Below, piece after piece: positions 40,517 to 51,556 of a stretch of 64,000 nucleotides of DNA. The DNA is from a bacterium (GTDB lineage: Bacteria; UBA8248), in assembly GCA_965261085.1 (NCBI GenBank), contig OZ253442.1, forward strand, positions 2,624,001-2,688,000, in the 5' to 3' direction. The notes under the pieces are model-generated. The model was not told the origin of the DNA and did no database searches. It saw nothing but the letters and a program-made list of their open reading frames with translations. The position numbers were made by a program, and so were the translations under genes. Each line of letters begins with the position of its first letter. The first letter of the stretch is position 1.

Positions 40517-41927
40517 TTGCCTTTCTTAACAACTCACCTATGGCATTCACGTTCTCCGAATTCTCAAGAGTCATCACCATCGCCATCACATCTTCTACTT
40601 CTTCAGGTGAGAGACTGCGTCGGGCATTGTCCTTGAATTTCTCATAAACATCGTCATCCGTGAATGGATTTTCTGCACACCCTCTTTGATGTTTCTCTTC
40701 CTCGATAAAGGTGCTCTCGTCATCAAGCCGAACTTCTACAACGCCTGGGAAAAATCTCGGAAAATCTTGTGTGTCATCCTGAGCGAAGGAGACTTTATCC
40801 GCCAGAGCCAGTACCGTGGGGTCTTCTATCGCGGTTTTTTCGAAATCGTCTACTCCACACCTGCCCCTCACGAAAATACTCGCTAAACAATACGGCAAAG
40901 AGAATTTTGCATCGTATCCGCCCCTTGGTTTTCGCTTTACCTCGATCGGGTCAAGCACGAGGTCAATTGCACCCTTGGCAGCATGACACATGATACTTTT
41001 GATTTTGGTGTGATGTATTTTCTCGCGCTCTTTGAGGCGCAATCCGGCATCTAAAAACGCATGAATCACATGCCCACAAGGATAGGGTTTGAAACCGACG
41101 GCCAAAGTTTCCCAGATTTCAGATAGCCCTCGTGTGAGTGCTTCCACCTCGAATTCTTCATCTCGAAGGTGGCTCTTGAGCAAGCCGAACCTACCCTCAA
41201 ATACTGTTTGTGGACCTGCGAAATCGCTGCCCGCGAGAATCGTGGAGCAAATACCGCCATGTGCGGCCCAACCCGGATGAAGCGCTTTTACAGGGCTCCC
41301 GTTTTCCAGGTATTCAAAGAGCCCGGCCGCCATGCTTCCACATATGCCAAGGGCCCAACTCATTCTTTCGGCGCTCAATCCACTCTGAAGCGCATAGGCG
41401 ATAGCGGCGCCAAAGGTGCCGGCTATGGCGGTCATATGGAAACCTCGGGCATGGAATTTGCCGGGAGCGACTAACCCGATTCTGATTTCCGATTCAAACC
41501 CCGCGACGCAAGCTCGAATGAAATCTTGTCCTGTTTTCTGGAATGCTTCCGCTCCCGCGAAAGCCGCTGGTACGACCGGCGCCGCAGTATGGATGATCGA
41601 CTTCGCGTGTGTATCGTCAAAATCGAGGGAATGCCCCAGCGCACCATTCAAAAAAGCAGCGTTAGCCGCGGGTATTCGGTTTTTTTCTCCAATTGCACTA
41701 CAAGGGCCTAAATCACAAGAGGCGTTTCCTTTGCCCCGAATTTCACCGGTAATCGCATTCGCCATTGCCCGCAAGGGTGGGTCAATTTCCGTGGAGCAGG
41801 CTGCCAGAGCAATTCCCATAAAATCAAGGATCAATAGTTTTGTCTGGTGAACCACTTTTGGAGGGATGCCAGTAAATTCCAGGGTGTGGGAAAATTGGCA
41901 CAATGCTTCGTTTGGCGTTGCCGGCAC
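40485..41927 (-). CDS. MmgE/PrpD family protein
   Basis: AAFLNG..GHSLDFDDTH, KPYPCG, AKFSLPY. Confidence 0.92.
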   Translation of the reverse strand: MPATPNEALCQFSHTLEFTGIPPKVVHQTKLLILDFMGIALAACSTEIDPPLRAMANAITGEIRGKGNASCDLGPCSAIGEKNRIPAANAAFLNGALGHSLDFDDTHAKSIIHTAAPVVPAAFAGAEAFQKTGQDFIRACVAGFESEIRIGLVAPGKFHARGFHMTAIAGTFGAAIAYALQSGLSAERMSWALGICGSMAAGLFEYLENGSPVKALHPGWAAHGGICSTILAGSDFAGPQTVFEGRFGLLKSHLRDEEFEVEALTRGLSEIWETLAVGFKPYPCGHVIHAFLDAGLRLKEREKIHHTKIKSIMCHAAKGAIDLVLDPIEVKRKPRGGYDAKFSLPYCLASIFVRGRCGVDDFEKTAIEDPTVLALADKVSFAQDDTQDFPRFFPGVVEVRLDDESTFIEEEKHQRGCAENPFTDDDVYEKFKDNARRSLSPEEVEDVMAMVMTLENSENVNAIGELLRKATSHQADPQSP

Positions 41928-41928
41928 G

Positions 41929-42945
41929 TTATTGCATTCCCTGCAGAACTTTCGGAAAGACTTCTTCGGCCATCATCTGCATCGTTTCCAGAACGAGAGA
42001 TTGCGGCATCCCCGGCCATTGAATGCTCATGATGAGGTGATTGATACCAAGATCAGCCAGTTCCAGCATGCTCAGCGCAACTTCGTCTGGCGAGCCAAGA
42101 ATGAACCTGTTTTCTAGTAAATCATCAAACTGCTGTCCTAGATTGTCATCTCCTTCAGGCATGGCTTTATCTTGGCCCCACCGGTGATATTCACGATACT
42201 TTATCTCTAGATAGGGTTTGCTGAGCCGAATGGCTTCTGCGCGGTCCTTTGCGACAAATACCTCGCGACGCATTGGAAATTCGTTAGGAAAAGGTTTGCC
42301 GAGTTCATCGAGTGTCTGGCGATATATCTCGATTTGGCGCTTTGTCGTGTCGAGGCGATTATGCGGGTTCACATAATAGCAATCTCCCAGCCTGGCCGCG
42401 CGGCGGATGCCCGCATCGCTGTTCGCCCCGATCCAAATGGGGGGGTGTGGTTTCTGAATGGGTTTCAGAGGGCACGATGCCTCGGTTAGCTCAAAGTGAG
42501 AGCCTTTCATGGACACTTTCTCTTCCGACCAGAGTCGCTTGATAGCTTCCAGGTTCTCCTCCAGTCGTTTGACTCTCTCTTTTTGGGTTGTTCCAAATCC
42601 CCTGAATTCCACCTCCCGATATCCGAGCCCGGCGCCAAATATGAGTTTCCCGCCTGACATCACGTCAATCGTTGCCAATTGCTCAGCCATATCCATCGGC
42701 TTGTGAAGTGACAACAGGACGATGCCGGCATTGAGCCGCAACTTTGGGGCTTCCGCGCTGATTCTAGCGAGAAAAGGCAATTGCTGGAAATCCTGAAGTG
42801 GATATGCGCTATAATGATTTCCTTTAGTGATCGATACGAACCCAAATTCTTGCGCTTTTCTTGCTTGCTCCATCAATTCATGGAAACGAGACTGCATATC
42901 ATCTTCTAGGGTGAATTGACCCCTAAGCATGATGCCAAATTGCAT
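41929..42945 (-). CDS. LLM-class flavin-dependent oxidoreductase
   Basis: AEQLATIDVMSGG, GLGYR..EF, PIQKPHPPIWIG, RAARLGD. Confidence 0.92.
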   Translation of the reverse strand: MQFGIMLRGQFTLEDDMQSRFHELMEQARKAQEFGFVSITKGNHYSAYPLQDFQQLPFLARISAEAPKLRLNAGIVLLSLHKPMDMAEQLATIDVMSGGKLIFGAGLGYREVEFRGFGTTQKERVKRLEENLEAIKRLWSEEKVSMKGSHFELTEASCPLKPIQKPHPPIWIGANSDAGIRRAARLGDCYYVNPHNRLDTTKRQIEIYRQTLDELGKPFPNEFPMRREVFVAKDRAEAIRLSKPYLEIKYREYHRWGQDKAMPEGDDNLGQQFDDLLENRFILGSPDEVALSMLELADLGINHLIMSIQWPGMPQSLVLETMQMMAEEVFPKVLQGMQ

Positions 42946-43056
42946 TTTTATACCTTTTTCTTTGGGGGAAATATTTCATTTGAACTGGGTGGCAAGATAG
43001 CGGATGTCGTCTTACAAAAAACGTTTTCACAAGCTATCACCTCAGATATATACGCA

Positions 43057-45879
43057 TCATGATCTTCCGTGACAAAACTTATATTTTTTACCGCTGCCAC
43101 AAGGACATGGTTCATTGCGGCCGACCTTTGGCGTGGTACGTCTTACGGGGGCAGATGTTTGTAGCGCCTCTCCGGCAGGGGCATCTCCGAATCCCGAAGC
43201 TTCCGCATGCGAGAATACCATCTCTTGTTCGTTACGCGATTCTTCCAGTGCAACATCCTCATCCGAAACATCAAGGCGGTACATATACAGAACCATCTCT
43301 GCTTCAATTCTTTGCGTCATCGTTCCGAACATATCAAATGCTTCTTTTTTGTATTCATTCAACGGGTTCACCTGCGCATAGCCCCTCAGCCCGATTCCCT
43401 CTTTGAGTTGTTCAATGTTTGTCAGGTGATCCTTCCATTGTGTATCTAAAATTTGTATGTAAATGAGTTTTGCGAGTTCCAGAATGCTTTCAAGATCGAA
43501 GTCACGATATTTTTCATCTAAAACACTCTGTATGAGATGATGAACCCTGTCGGCAAGCTCATCTCTCGGCTCCTCTTCGATATCCACCACCATTGGTTCA
43601 GAAGCCGAAAAAATGATCTTTCGCCCCTCTATTGTTGCGGGGATGCCATACTGGCTCTCAACAGCGCCCGCGAATGCTTCTATATCCCAATCGTCAAAGT
43701 GTTCCGACTCCGGCAAATGCAAATCGACGATAGAATCAAGTATCGCAGATGCGATCTCTTTTATTTGATCAAGCACATCTGTGGTTTCCAAAATATCCCG
43801 CCGCATCGAATAGATAACCTCGCGTTGCTTATTCATCACGTCATCGTATTCGAGAAGATGTTTTCTCATCTCGAAATGATGCGCCTCAACACGTTTCTGA
43901 GCATTTTCAATGGCGCGGGTAACCATTTTGGCTTCAATGGGCACCCCCTCTTCCATGCCTAATTTTTCCATCAAACCCTTGATTCTGTCGGAGCCAAAAA
44001 TGCGCAATAAATCGTCTTCGAGAGAAAGGAAGAATCGTGAACTCCCTGGGTCTCCCTGCCTACCCGAGCGACCACGGAGCTGGTTGTCGATACGACGGCT
44101 TTCATGCCGCTCGGTACCCAATACGTGAAGACCGCCCGATTTCACCACTTCATCATGCTCTGCTTTGCAATATGCTTGAAAATCCTTCAACGCCTCTTCG
44201 TATTCAGGCCCTTCGTTCGTATTCGTTTTCGATGAGGCGAGAAACTCTGGATTACCACCAAGGAGGATGTCCGTTCCGCGACCCGCCATGTTCGTGGAAA
44301 TGGTGACAGCTCCCTTGCGCCCTGCCTGTGCGATTATTTCTGCTTCTTTGCTGTGGTTTTTAGCGTTGAGCACATGATGTGGAATACCTCTTCTTTTGAG
44401 AATCGAGGCGAGTCTTTCGCTTTTCTCTATGTTGATTGTACCTACCAAAACCGGTCTGCCACTTTTGTGACATTCAATTATTTCCTCGACGACGGCATCT
44501 ATTTTTTCTCTTTCAGAGCGATACACCAAATCAGGATATTCATCGCGAATCAATTCACGGTTCGTCGGCACAATGGCCACATCTATTTTGTAAGTCGAAT
44601 TGAACTCCGCCGCTTCGGTATCCGCCGTACCCGTCATGCCGGCTAATTTCTTGTAAAGCCTGAAATAATTCTGGAATGTGATAGTCGCCAAGGTTATATT
44701 TTCTTCCTGAACCTTGACGCCCTCTTTCGCCTCGAGAGCCTGGTGTAGGCCATCGCTAAAACGCCGGCCGGGCATCATGCGTCCGGTGAATTCATCGACG
44801 ATGACGACCTCGTTGTCCTTCACCACATAATCAATGTCTTTGGTAAACAGGACATGCGCCTTGAGCGCCTGTTCCACATGGTGCAGCACCGTGATGCTGT
44901 TCATGTCATACAAACTTTGGTCGTTCGCCATGATGCCAGAGCGCCGGAGAAGTTTTTCGGCTTCATGTCCACCGGCTTCTTTTAGGTTTACCGTTCTGCT
45001 TTTTTCATCGACGATTAGATATTCGTATTTTTTCTTGCTAATGATATCTTTACCACCTTCGAGATATCCATCGTCTTCTTCCTCGTTAGTTTCTTCAACA
45101 ACGCCTTGGTGTTCTTTCAGTAGAGGGCGTATCACACGATTTACGACGCCATACATGCGCGTGGCTTCATCCGCTGGTCCGCTGATGATGAGAGGTGTTC
45201 TGGCCTCGTCGATCAGTATGCTGTCCACTTCATCCACAATGGCGTAATTCAGGTCGCGCATGACGCAACTGCCCGGCTCGAATTTCATGTTGTCTCTCAA
45301 ATAGTCGAATCCGAACTCATTGTTGGTGCCATACGTAATGTCACAGGCATAGGCGAGGCGACGCGCATCATCATTCATTCCATGCTGAATGCATCCGACA
45401 GTGAGGGCAAGGGCTCTAAAGAGACGGCCCATCCATTCGGAATCGCGGCTCGCGAGATAATCGTTCACAGTTACGATGTGCACACCCTTGCTCTCCAAGG
45501 CATTCAAATAGGCTGCAAGAGTAGCGACGAGGGTTTTGCCTTCCCCTGTTTTCATCTCGGCAATTTTTCCGCTGTGAAGAATCATGCCTCCGATGAGCTG
45601 AACGTCAAAATGACGCATTTGGAGATAGCGCCAGCCCGCTTCTCGCACCAAAGCGAACGCTTCCGGTAAAATATCATCCAATGTTTCACCTGCGGTGAGC
45701 CGCTCTTTGAAGTGTTCCGTTTCTTCACGCATCTGTGTATCGGTCATCTCTTTCACGCGGGATTCGTGAGAATTGATTTCCGTGACTACCGGGTGCATGT
45801 TTTTGAGTAGGCGGTCATTCGCCGTCCCGAATACAGACTTGAACATCGATCTGCTTGATTCAAAAACCGAGCCTATCAT
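43057..45879 (-). CDS. secA: Protein translocase ATPase SecA
   Basis: [37 protein letters not shown]-terminal [13 protein letters not shown]. Confidence 0.99.
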   Translation of the reverse strand: MIGSVFESSRSMFKSVFGTANDRLLKNMHPVVTEINSHESRVKEMTDTQMREETEHFKERLTAGETLDDILPEAFALVREAGWRYLQMRHFDVQLIGGMILHSGKIAEMKTGEGKTLVATLAAYLNALESKGVHIVTVNDYLASRDSEWMGRLFRALALTVGCIQHGMNDDARRLAYACDITYGTNNEFGFDYLRDNMKFEPGSCVMRDLNYAIVDEVDSILIDEARTPLIISGPADEATRMYGVVNRVIRPLLKEHQGVVEETNEEEDDGYLEGGKDIISKKKYEYLIVDEKSRTVNLKEAGGHEAEKLLRRSGIMANDQSLYDMNSITVLHHVEQALKAHVLFTKDIDYVVKDNEVVIVDEFTGRMMPGRRFSDGLHQALEAKEGVKVQEENITLATITFQNYFRLYKKLAGMTGTADTEAAEFNSTYKIDVAIVPTNRELIRDEYPDLVYRSEREKIDAVVEEIIECHKSGRPVLVGTINIEKSERLASILKRRGIPHHVLNAKNHSKEAEIIAQAGRKGAVTISTNMAGRGTDILLGGNPEFLASSKTNTNEGPEYEEALKDFQAYCKAEHDEVVKSGGLHVLGTERHESRRIDNQLRGRSGRQGDPGSSRFFLSLEDDLLRIFGSDRIKGLMEKLGMEEGVPIEAKMVTRAIENAQKRVEAHHFEMRKHLLEYDDVMNKQREVIYSMRRDILETTDVLDQIKEIASAILDSIVDLHLPESEHFDDWDIEAFAGAVESQYGIPATIEGRKIIFSASEPMVVDIEEEPRDELADRVHHLIQSVLDEKYRDFDLESILELAKLIYIQILDTQWKDHLTNIEQLKEGIGLRGYAQVNPLNEYKKEAFDMFGTMTQRIEAEMVLYMYRLDVSDEDVALEESRNEQEMVFSHAEASGFGDAPAGEALQTSAPVRRTTPKVGRNEPCPCGSGKKYKFCHGRS

Positions 45880-45990
45880 TCATCACTCCATGGGATTTAT
45901 GCGTACGAATCATCTTTTGGGCAAATATAGACTATCATGGTGTATTCTGGAGAAAAAGCTAATGCCTCAGGCGGGATGGTGGTATTTCGT

Positions 45991-46896
45991 TTACTCTATA
46001 ACATATAGTCTAGGATTGACTGCAACTCCGTTTATTCGAACCTCATAGTGAAGATGTGGTCCGGTGGATCTCCCTGTGGAACCAACTTTGGCAATAATAT
46101 CGCCTCTTCTTATACGCTGACCAACTTTCGCCAAATTCACGCTATTATGGGCAAATTTGGTCACGATGCCCTGCATGTGCTGGATTTGAATAATTTTACC
46201 ATATCCTCCCGACCTTTTAGCGCTAATGATGACACCATCCGCCGGGGCGAATATGGGGGTTCCTTCCCTTGCGACGATATCAATTCCAGCATGAAATTCT
46301 CGCCGATTCGTAAAGGAGGAGCGCCTGTATCCAAAGCTGGATGAGAGCCAACCCTTAACAGGCCATATAGACGGTGTATGAGCAAGCAAAACGCTTCTGT
46401 CGCGGAACGCTCTCAATAGGTCTTTGAACGCGCTTTCTTGGTCGGCGGCGCGCTTTTCGATGTCCTGGAATTGACGATTTAATCTCCGAATGAACCTTTG
46501 TTCAGATGGGGTGAGTTTCTCCAAGTCGTCAGGCAGAGCGTGTTTTGAAACACCTCCTACGCCCAAGTCGTTTTTTCGTTTATCCGGTTTCAGCGAGGCC
46601 ATGATTCGAAGTTGGTCTTCAAGTTGCTTGAGTTGTATTAGGTTGTTGTCCAGGGATTGGAGTTTGACGCTGAATTTTTCGAGAAGTTCTTTTTGTGTTT
46701 GGTTTTGTTGTTCTAGGGGGGAGAGTTTGGCCAAATGCTTCGCTGTAAGAATTCTCTCTTGTGTAAGGTAAAGCGTCGTTCCGACGAGAGAGCAAAAACC
46801 AAAGAGCAACAGGACTATCATTCCCCTTGTGATACTGAGACGCCGGGTGCTGCTAGAGTTACTGGGTATCACCATAATGGTGTACTTCTTACCCAT
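45991..46896 (-). CDS. M23 family metallopeptidase with coiled coil
   Basis: PSIWPVKG, HAGID, TGRSTGPHLHYEV. Confidence 0.93.
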   Translation of the reverse strand: MGKKYTIMVIPSNSSSTRRLSITRGMIVLLLFGFCSLVGTTLYLTQERILTAKHLAKLSPLEQQNQTQKELLEKFSVKLQSLDNNLIQLKQLEDQLRIMASLKPDKRKNDLGVGGVSKHALPDDLEKLTPSEQRFIRRLNRQFQDIEKRAADQESAFKDLLRAFRDRSVLLAHTPSIWPVKGWLSSSFGYRRSSFTNRREFHAGIDIVAREGTPIFAPADGVIISAKRSGGYGKIIQIQHMQGIVTKFAHNSVNLAKVGQRIRRGDIIAKVGSTGRSTGPHLHYEVRINGVAVNPRLYVIE

Positions 46897-47055
46897 GGGG
46901 TACACCTCCCAGAAACTTTCTAGAATGCGTATGTTTTGAAATGCAATAAAGTGTTTCCCAGACACTTACTCACATGTAATCAAATTATCAAGACTGAAAA
47001 GACAAGTCAAACAAATATCTCAAATGATGAGCCTCTGAGTTCTTATAAAGCATAT

Positions 47056-47889
47056 TCAGCGCATGACAGCTCCTGAGTCGACTAGAATTGCTTGACCAGT
47101 AATGGTTTTCGCATCATCGCTCGCCAAAAACGCAACTGCTCGTCCAATATCTTCGGTCGATTGCTCGACTCCCATTGGTGTTTGTTCCACAAAATGGTCG
47201 AAAACCTCTCTGGCTGTTTTTCCTTTGAAGTTTGAGAATTTTTTTCCGAACTGGGTGCCTAATTGCTCCCACATCGCGCTCCAAATGAGACCCGGACAAA
47301 CTGCGTTCACCGTAATGCCTTCACGGGCCACTTCGCGCGCGAGCGCTTGGGTGAATATAATTACCGCTGCCTTGCTTGCGCTATAATGCGGTATGGTTTC
47401 GCGGCCATCACGCCCGGCTCGAGAGGAGATATTGATAATGCGTCCCCAGCCCTTCCCCTTCATCTTCTCAAGCGAGGCCTGGCAGAGTAAAAAAACACCC
47501 TTTACGTTGACGTTATACGTGTCGTCCCAATCATCTTCATTGATGTCGGATAGAGGCATACCTAGCTTGAAATCCGCCCCGCCAATAACGCCTGCATTAT
47601 TGACCACAATATCTATGCTGTCCAATTCTTTGTTGACCGCATTTACGACGTCTACGCATTGACTCTTATCCGTGACATCGAGTGTGTATGGAATGGCGTT
47701 GACGCCGAATTCCCTCATTTCTTCCGCTGCCAACTCAGCGCTGGATGGTGAGATGTCGGCCAATGCTAAATGGGCACCCTCTTCCGCCAGGCACCGGGCG
47801 ATGCCGCGTCCTATTCCGCCTCCGGCGCCGGTGAGGAGTGCCACCTTGCCTTTTAGGCCGCGTTCTCTTGGTAGTGGAGAAGGCATCAC
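47056..47889 (-). CDS. Short-chain dehydrogenase/reductase
   Basis: TGAGGGIG, NNAG, YSASK. Confidence 0.93.
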   Translation of the reverse strand: MMPSPLPRERGLKGKVALLTGAGGGIGRGIARCLAEEGAHLALADISPSSAELAAEEMREFGVNAIPYTLDVTDKSQCVDVVNAVNKELDSIDIVVNNAGVIGGADFKLGMPLSDINEDDWDDTYNVNVKGVFLLCQASLEKMKGKGWGRIINISSRAGRDGRETIPHYSASKAAVIIFTQALAREVAREGITVNAVCPGLIWSAMWEQLGTQFGKKFSNFKGKTAREVFDHFVEQTPMGVEQSTEDIGRAVAFLASDDAKTITGQAILVDSGAVMR

Positions 47890-48287
47890 CTATTCCCCAT
47901 ACCTGTCATTGCGCCGCCCGCTTCCAACCAATCCTCAAAAACCTGGAGGCTTTCCAGGACGGCGGGAACGCCACTGTATGGCGACATCTGAAAAATCACT
48001 TCCATTATTTCTTTGTCTGTCGCTCCGTAACTTCTCGCGGCCGTGAAATGAGAGCGCATTTGGTTGAATCGGCCCGTGACGCATAAGGCCGCCAGTGCGC
48101 AAAATTCTCTTGTCTTGTGCGGAAGGACATCGCGGTCATAAAGACCCCCATGAACGAATTGCTGGAACAGCATGGAGAAGTCAGGATCGAGCTTATTCAG
48201 CCGCCCAAATAGTTTTTCCGTATAACCTTCTCCGTATTGCGTATCCCCACGTCGAATTGCAGGTGGATAAAATTCTTCGCTCATCAA
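47886..48287 (-). CDS. Carboxymuconolactone decarboxylase family protein
   Basis: G.YDRDVLPHKTRE, H..AA...GAT..EI.EV, YSGVP. Confidence 0.88.
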   Translation of the reverse strand: MMSEEFYPPAIRRGDTQYGEGYTEKLFGRLNKLDPDFSMLFQQFVHGGLYDRDVLPHKTREFCALAALCVTGRFNQMRSHFTAARSYGATDKEIMEVIFQMSPYSGVPAVLESLQVFEDWLEAGGAMTGMGNR

Positions 48288-48319
48288 TCATTCTCCTCAG
48301 GTATGACACCCAAAATCCG

Positions 48320-49246
48320 CTAGTCCGCTTCTATAATTTCGTTGCGCAACCGTCCGAGTCCGCCGACTTCCACTTCCACCACATCACCCGGAGTAAGAAA
48401 AGAGGGCGTTTCTCGCGCGTAGCCCACGCCTGAGGGCGTGCCTGTCAGAAAGATATCGCCCGGCTCTAAGGTAAAACCTTCTGATAATACTGAAATCATA
48501 GATGGAATATCGTGAATCATCATGTTCGTGTTTGAATCCTGCCGTGCTTCGCCATTCACCCAGCTTTTTACGGTCTGCTTCATCGGGTCGCCATAATCCT
48601 CTTTGGGGACGATGTATGGCCCTAGCGGACATGTGCCATCGAGGGTCTTGCCCTTGAAAATCTGCTTATGACGCCTCTGAATATCTCTCGCGGAGATGTC
48701 GTTGGCGCAGCAATAGCCAAAAATGTGATCGTAGACCTTATCTTGGGGTATGTTTTTGCCGCTTTTGCCGATGATAACGGCGATTTCAGCTTCATAGTCG
48801 AGTTTTTCCGTCACCTGGTGTGCAGGTATGCCCTCGTTGTGTCCGATGAGGGTGCTCTGGGCCTTGGTGAAAAAGATAGGTTGGTCGAGTTCGACCTTCG
48901 TCGTTTGCACATCCTTTGCCTGAAGACCCTCGTTTACATGGTCTTGGTAGTTGAGCCCCATACATAGAACGTGCTTTGGTGGATGAGGAATCGGGGATAT
49001 GTGATAAACATCTTCGGGTGCCATCAGGATGGGAGCCAAATTCCCGGCATTCGCTTCGGCCTGCGCGATCAAATCATGAAGCGCAGGGCCATGCGTTTCC
49101 CAGGCTTTAATGAGTTCTATCATACTGCCGAATGCGAGTTCTTTTTTACCTAAAATTCCGGCCAGACGCGACAGGTGAGCGATTCTATCACCCACGTACA
49201 CGCCGACTCTCTCAAGGCCTCTGTAATGATATGACAACAGTTTCAT
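48320..49246 (-). CDS. Fumarylacetoacetate hydrolase family protein
   Basis: GLNY..H, PIFFTK, DYEAE, NDISARD, TGTPSGVG. Confidence 0.93.
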   Translation of the reverse strand: MKLLSYHYRGLERVGVYVGDRIAHLSRLAGILGKKELAFGSMIELIKAWETHGPALHDLIAQAEANAGNLAPILMAPEDVYHISPIPHPPKHVLCMGLNYQDHVNEGLQAKDVQTTKVELDQPIFFTKAQSTLIGHNEGIPAHQVTEKLDYEAEIAVIIGKSGKNIPQDKVYDHIFGYCCANDISARDIQRRHKQIFKGKTLDGTCPLGPYIVPKEDYGDPMKQTVKSWVNGEARQDSNTNMMIHDIPSMISVLSEGFTLEPGDIFLTGTPSGVGYARETPSFLTPGDVVEVEVGGLGRLRNEIIEAD

Positions 49247-49280
49247 TCGTATCTCCTAGATATGGATGATTTTCGAAAAT

Positions 49281-50369
49281 TCAGGAAATCTTGTAACGCT
49301 CGATAGCATCCGGTGTGAATTCTACGCCATGACCGGGCGATTCAGGGACGTTGATCCACCCATCACGCACAGAAAAATCTTGTGTGAGATCATCTGGCGA
49401 GAAAAATTCCATGTATTCGACCACATAGCCTCTGGGCGTAGCGCCTACGAGGCTGACCGACAATTCATGGGCCAAATGGCTGCTCAGCGAAATGTTAAAA
49501 GCATCGGCCAGGTGCGCAATTTTGATGAATTCCGTCACTCCCCCGCAGCGGCAAACATCCGGCTGCAAAAACCCTACCGCCCGGCGTTCGCATATTTCTC
49601 GGAATCCCCAGCGCATGTAGGCGTTCTCGCCCGCCGCGGTGGGCACCATGCTCTTCTCGGCCACTTCCGCGAGGTCATCGACACAGTCGGCCAGCACGGG
49701 TTCTTCGAACCAGGCGACGCCATAATCCGCCAGCATGGATGAAACTTCCACCGCTTCGCGCACGTTGTAGTTCTGGTTCGCATCGCAATAGAGAATGAAA
49801 TCCTCTCCCATATTTTTTCGGAGGTAATCGAGACGCTCCTGATCACGCGCCGTGCCGATTTTCAGCTTATAGCCGCTCATGCCTAGCGAAGCGGCTTCCT
49901 GGGCTTCTTCGAGCAGTTCGGAATCCGGGAGCGTGTGCCAGCCCCCGCTGCCGTACACCGGCATTTTTTGGCGAAATCCACCCAGAAGGCGATTGAGCGG
50001 CAGGCCGGCTGCTTTCGCCACGATATCCCAACAGGCGATGTCCACCGCGGAAAGGGCATACAAACCCAGTCCCCCGCGCATTCTTGCCTTGTTTGGCGCC
50101 CACATACGATTCCAGAGCGCCTCGGGGGCCAGGGCGTCCTGCCCTATCGCCATTGGGGCCAGTTCCTTCTCGATATATGGCAACATCGCGGCGCCGCCTT
50201 CCCCGCCCAAGCTCATCGTAAAACCCGTGCCGCTTGGGCCGTCTTCTGTATGAAGATGGACCACGACGACATCGAGGTGGGTGTAGACGCCAAGCGAGCT
50301 TTGAAATGTTTTCTTGAGAGGCACCTTGAGGGGGATGGCTTCGAGAGCGCGTATTTTTAGTTGTGGCAT
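49281..50369 (-). CDS. Mandelate racemase/muconate lactonizing (enolase superfamily) enzyme
   Basis: SAVDIACWD, YKLKIG (KxK), DAN / EEP / GEN metal ligands, QPD. Confidence 0.92.
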   Translation of the reverse strand: MPQLKIRALEAIPLKVPLKKTFQSSLGVYTHLDVVVVHLHTEDGPSGTGFTMSLGGEGGAAMLPYIEKELAPMAIGQDALAPEALWNRMWAPNKARMRGGLGLYALSAVDIACWDIVAKAAGLPLNRLLGGFRQKMPVYGSGGWHTLPDSELLEEAQEAASLGMSGYKLKIGTARDQERLDYLRKNMGEDFILYCDANQNYNVREAVEVSSMLADYGVAWFEEPVLADCVDDLAEVAEKSMVPTAAGENAYMRWGFREICERRAVGFLQPDVCRCGGVTEFIKIAHLADAFNISLSSHLAHELSVSLVGATPRGYVVEYMEFFSPDDLTQDFSVRDGWINVPESPGHGVEFTPDAIERYKIS

Positions 50370-50380
50370 TTTATCTCCGA

Positions 50381-51556
50381 CTATAAAAATTTCATGGAGC
50401 GGATACGCATGGCCTGGTTCGTTCCGTCCGAGTGCAGAAAACTGGTTACGTCTCTGAGATATTTTTCCATCGGAGCATCCGTCATGTATCCGGTGCCGCC
50501 CCAGACTTCCAATGCGCGCGTGGCGATTCGGTAGGAGGATTCGGACACGAAACATTTGGTCATAAACCCCATCTTGGGGTCGTAGAGGTCTTTTTGATCC
50601 GCTGTCCAGGCGGCGTAGTGGAGCAATCGCCTGCTCGCTTCATATTCGGCGAAACAATCCGCCAGCATAAAACCAACCGCCTGATGCTCGATGATGGGCC
50701 TGCCCCCCTGAATCCGGTTTCTGGCGTGCGCCAAAGCGTCTTCATAGGCCGCCCTTGCGGTGCCGAGGACGGTGGCGGCGGCTTCTATGTTCGAACCCGG
50801 AACGAACATGCGTCGCGCCGCCGTGGCGCGATTTACTTCCGTGATGCGGTTTTCATCCGGTACCCTGCAATTCTCAAAAATAAGCTCTGCGTTCAAGGAC
50901 AGCCGTTGCCCCATTTTGTCGTGAATTTTCCCGTACCGGAAACCTTCCATATCAGGCGTAATGATGAAATACGTCATCCCCTCGGACACGCCTTTTGTGG
51001 TATCGGTTCTCATGGCGACGATGCAGAGCTTGGCGATTCCGCCGTTGCTGATGTATCGCTTCTTCCCGTTGGCTATCCAGGCGTCCCCGTCGTGCACGGC
51101 GGTCGTCCGCACGCCGGCATCCGGGCTGTCGTAGGGGATGATGTTGTCGGTTCCTCCCGATTCCTCCGTCATCCCGACGGCGAGATGGAAATGGTGGTCT
51201 TCCAAGAAAGATTTGAGGTAACGCTCCCTTTGACCTTCATTGGTCAATCTTTCGAACAGATGGGTAATCTTCCAGGTCTGGTCGAACGTGACGGCCGTTC
51301 CCAAATCGCCCCAGGCGAGTTCTTCCCCCACGAGGCACAGCGTGAGAACGTCGCAACCCGCACCCCCCATTTCTTTTGGAAGCGCCAAGGTTCTCAAGCC
51401 CAGTTTGCTCCCCTTTTCCAGCACGTCCCAGGGGAAACGCTTCATGGGGTCGGGTTCTTTGTCGAGTGCGGCGGCGACGGGGCGGATTTCCTGCGCAGCG
51501 AAATCATGCGCCGTTTTCTGCAGCTTTTCCTGCTCGGGAGTGAGTGTGAAATCCAT
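50381..51556 (-). CDS. Acyl-CoA dehydrogenase family protein
   Basis: MTEESGGTD, NGKKRYISN, KMGQR, HQAV.FMLAD, GGTGYM...MEKYLRD. Confidence 0.92.
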   Translation of the reverse strand: MDFTLTPEQEKLQKTAHDFAAQEIRPVAAALDKEPDPMKRFPWDVLEKGSKLGLRTLALPKEMGGAGCDVLTLCLVGEELAWGDLGTAVTFDQTWKITHLFERLTNEGQRERYLKSFLEDHHFHLAVGMTEESGGTDNIIPYDSPDAGVRTTAVHDGDAWIANGKKRYISNGGIAKLCIVAMRTDTTKGVSEGMTYFIITPDMEGFRYGKIHDKMGQRLSLNAELIFENCRVPDENRITEVNRATAARRMFVPGSNIEAAATVLGTARAAYEDALAHARNRIQGGRPIIEHQAVGFMLADCFAEYEASRRLLHYAAWTADQKDLYDPKMGFMTKCFVSESSYRIATRALEVWGGTGYMTDAPMEKYLRDVTSFLHSDGTNQAMRIRSMKFL

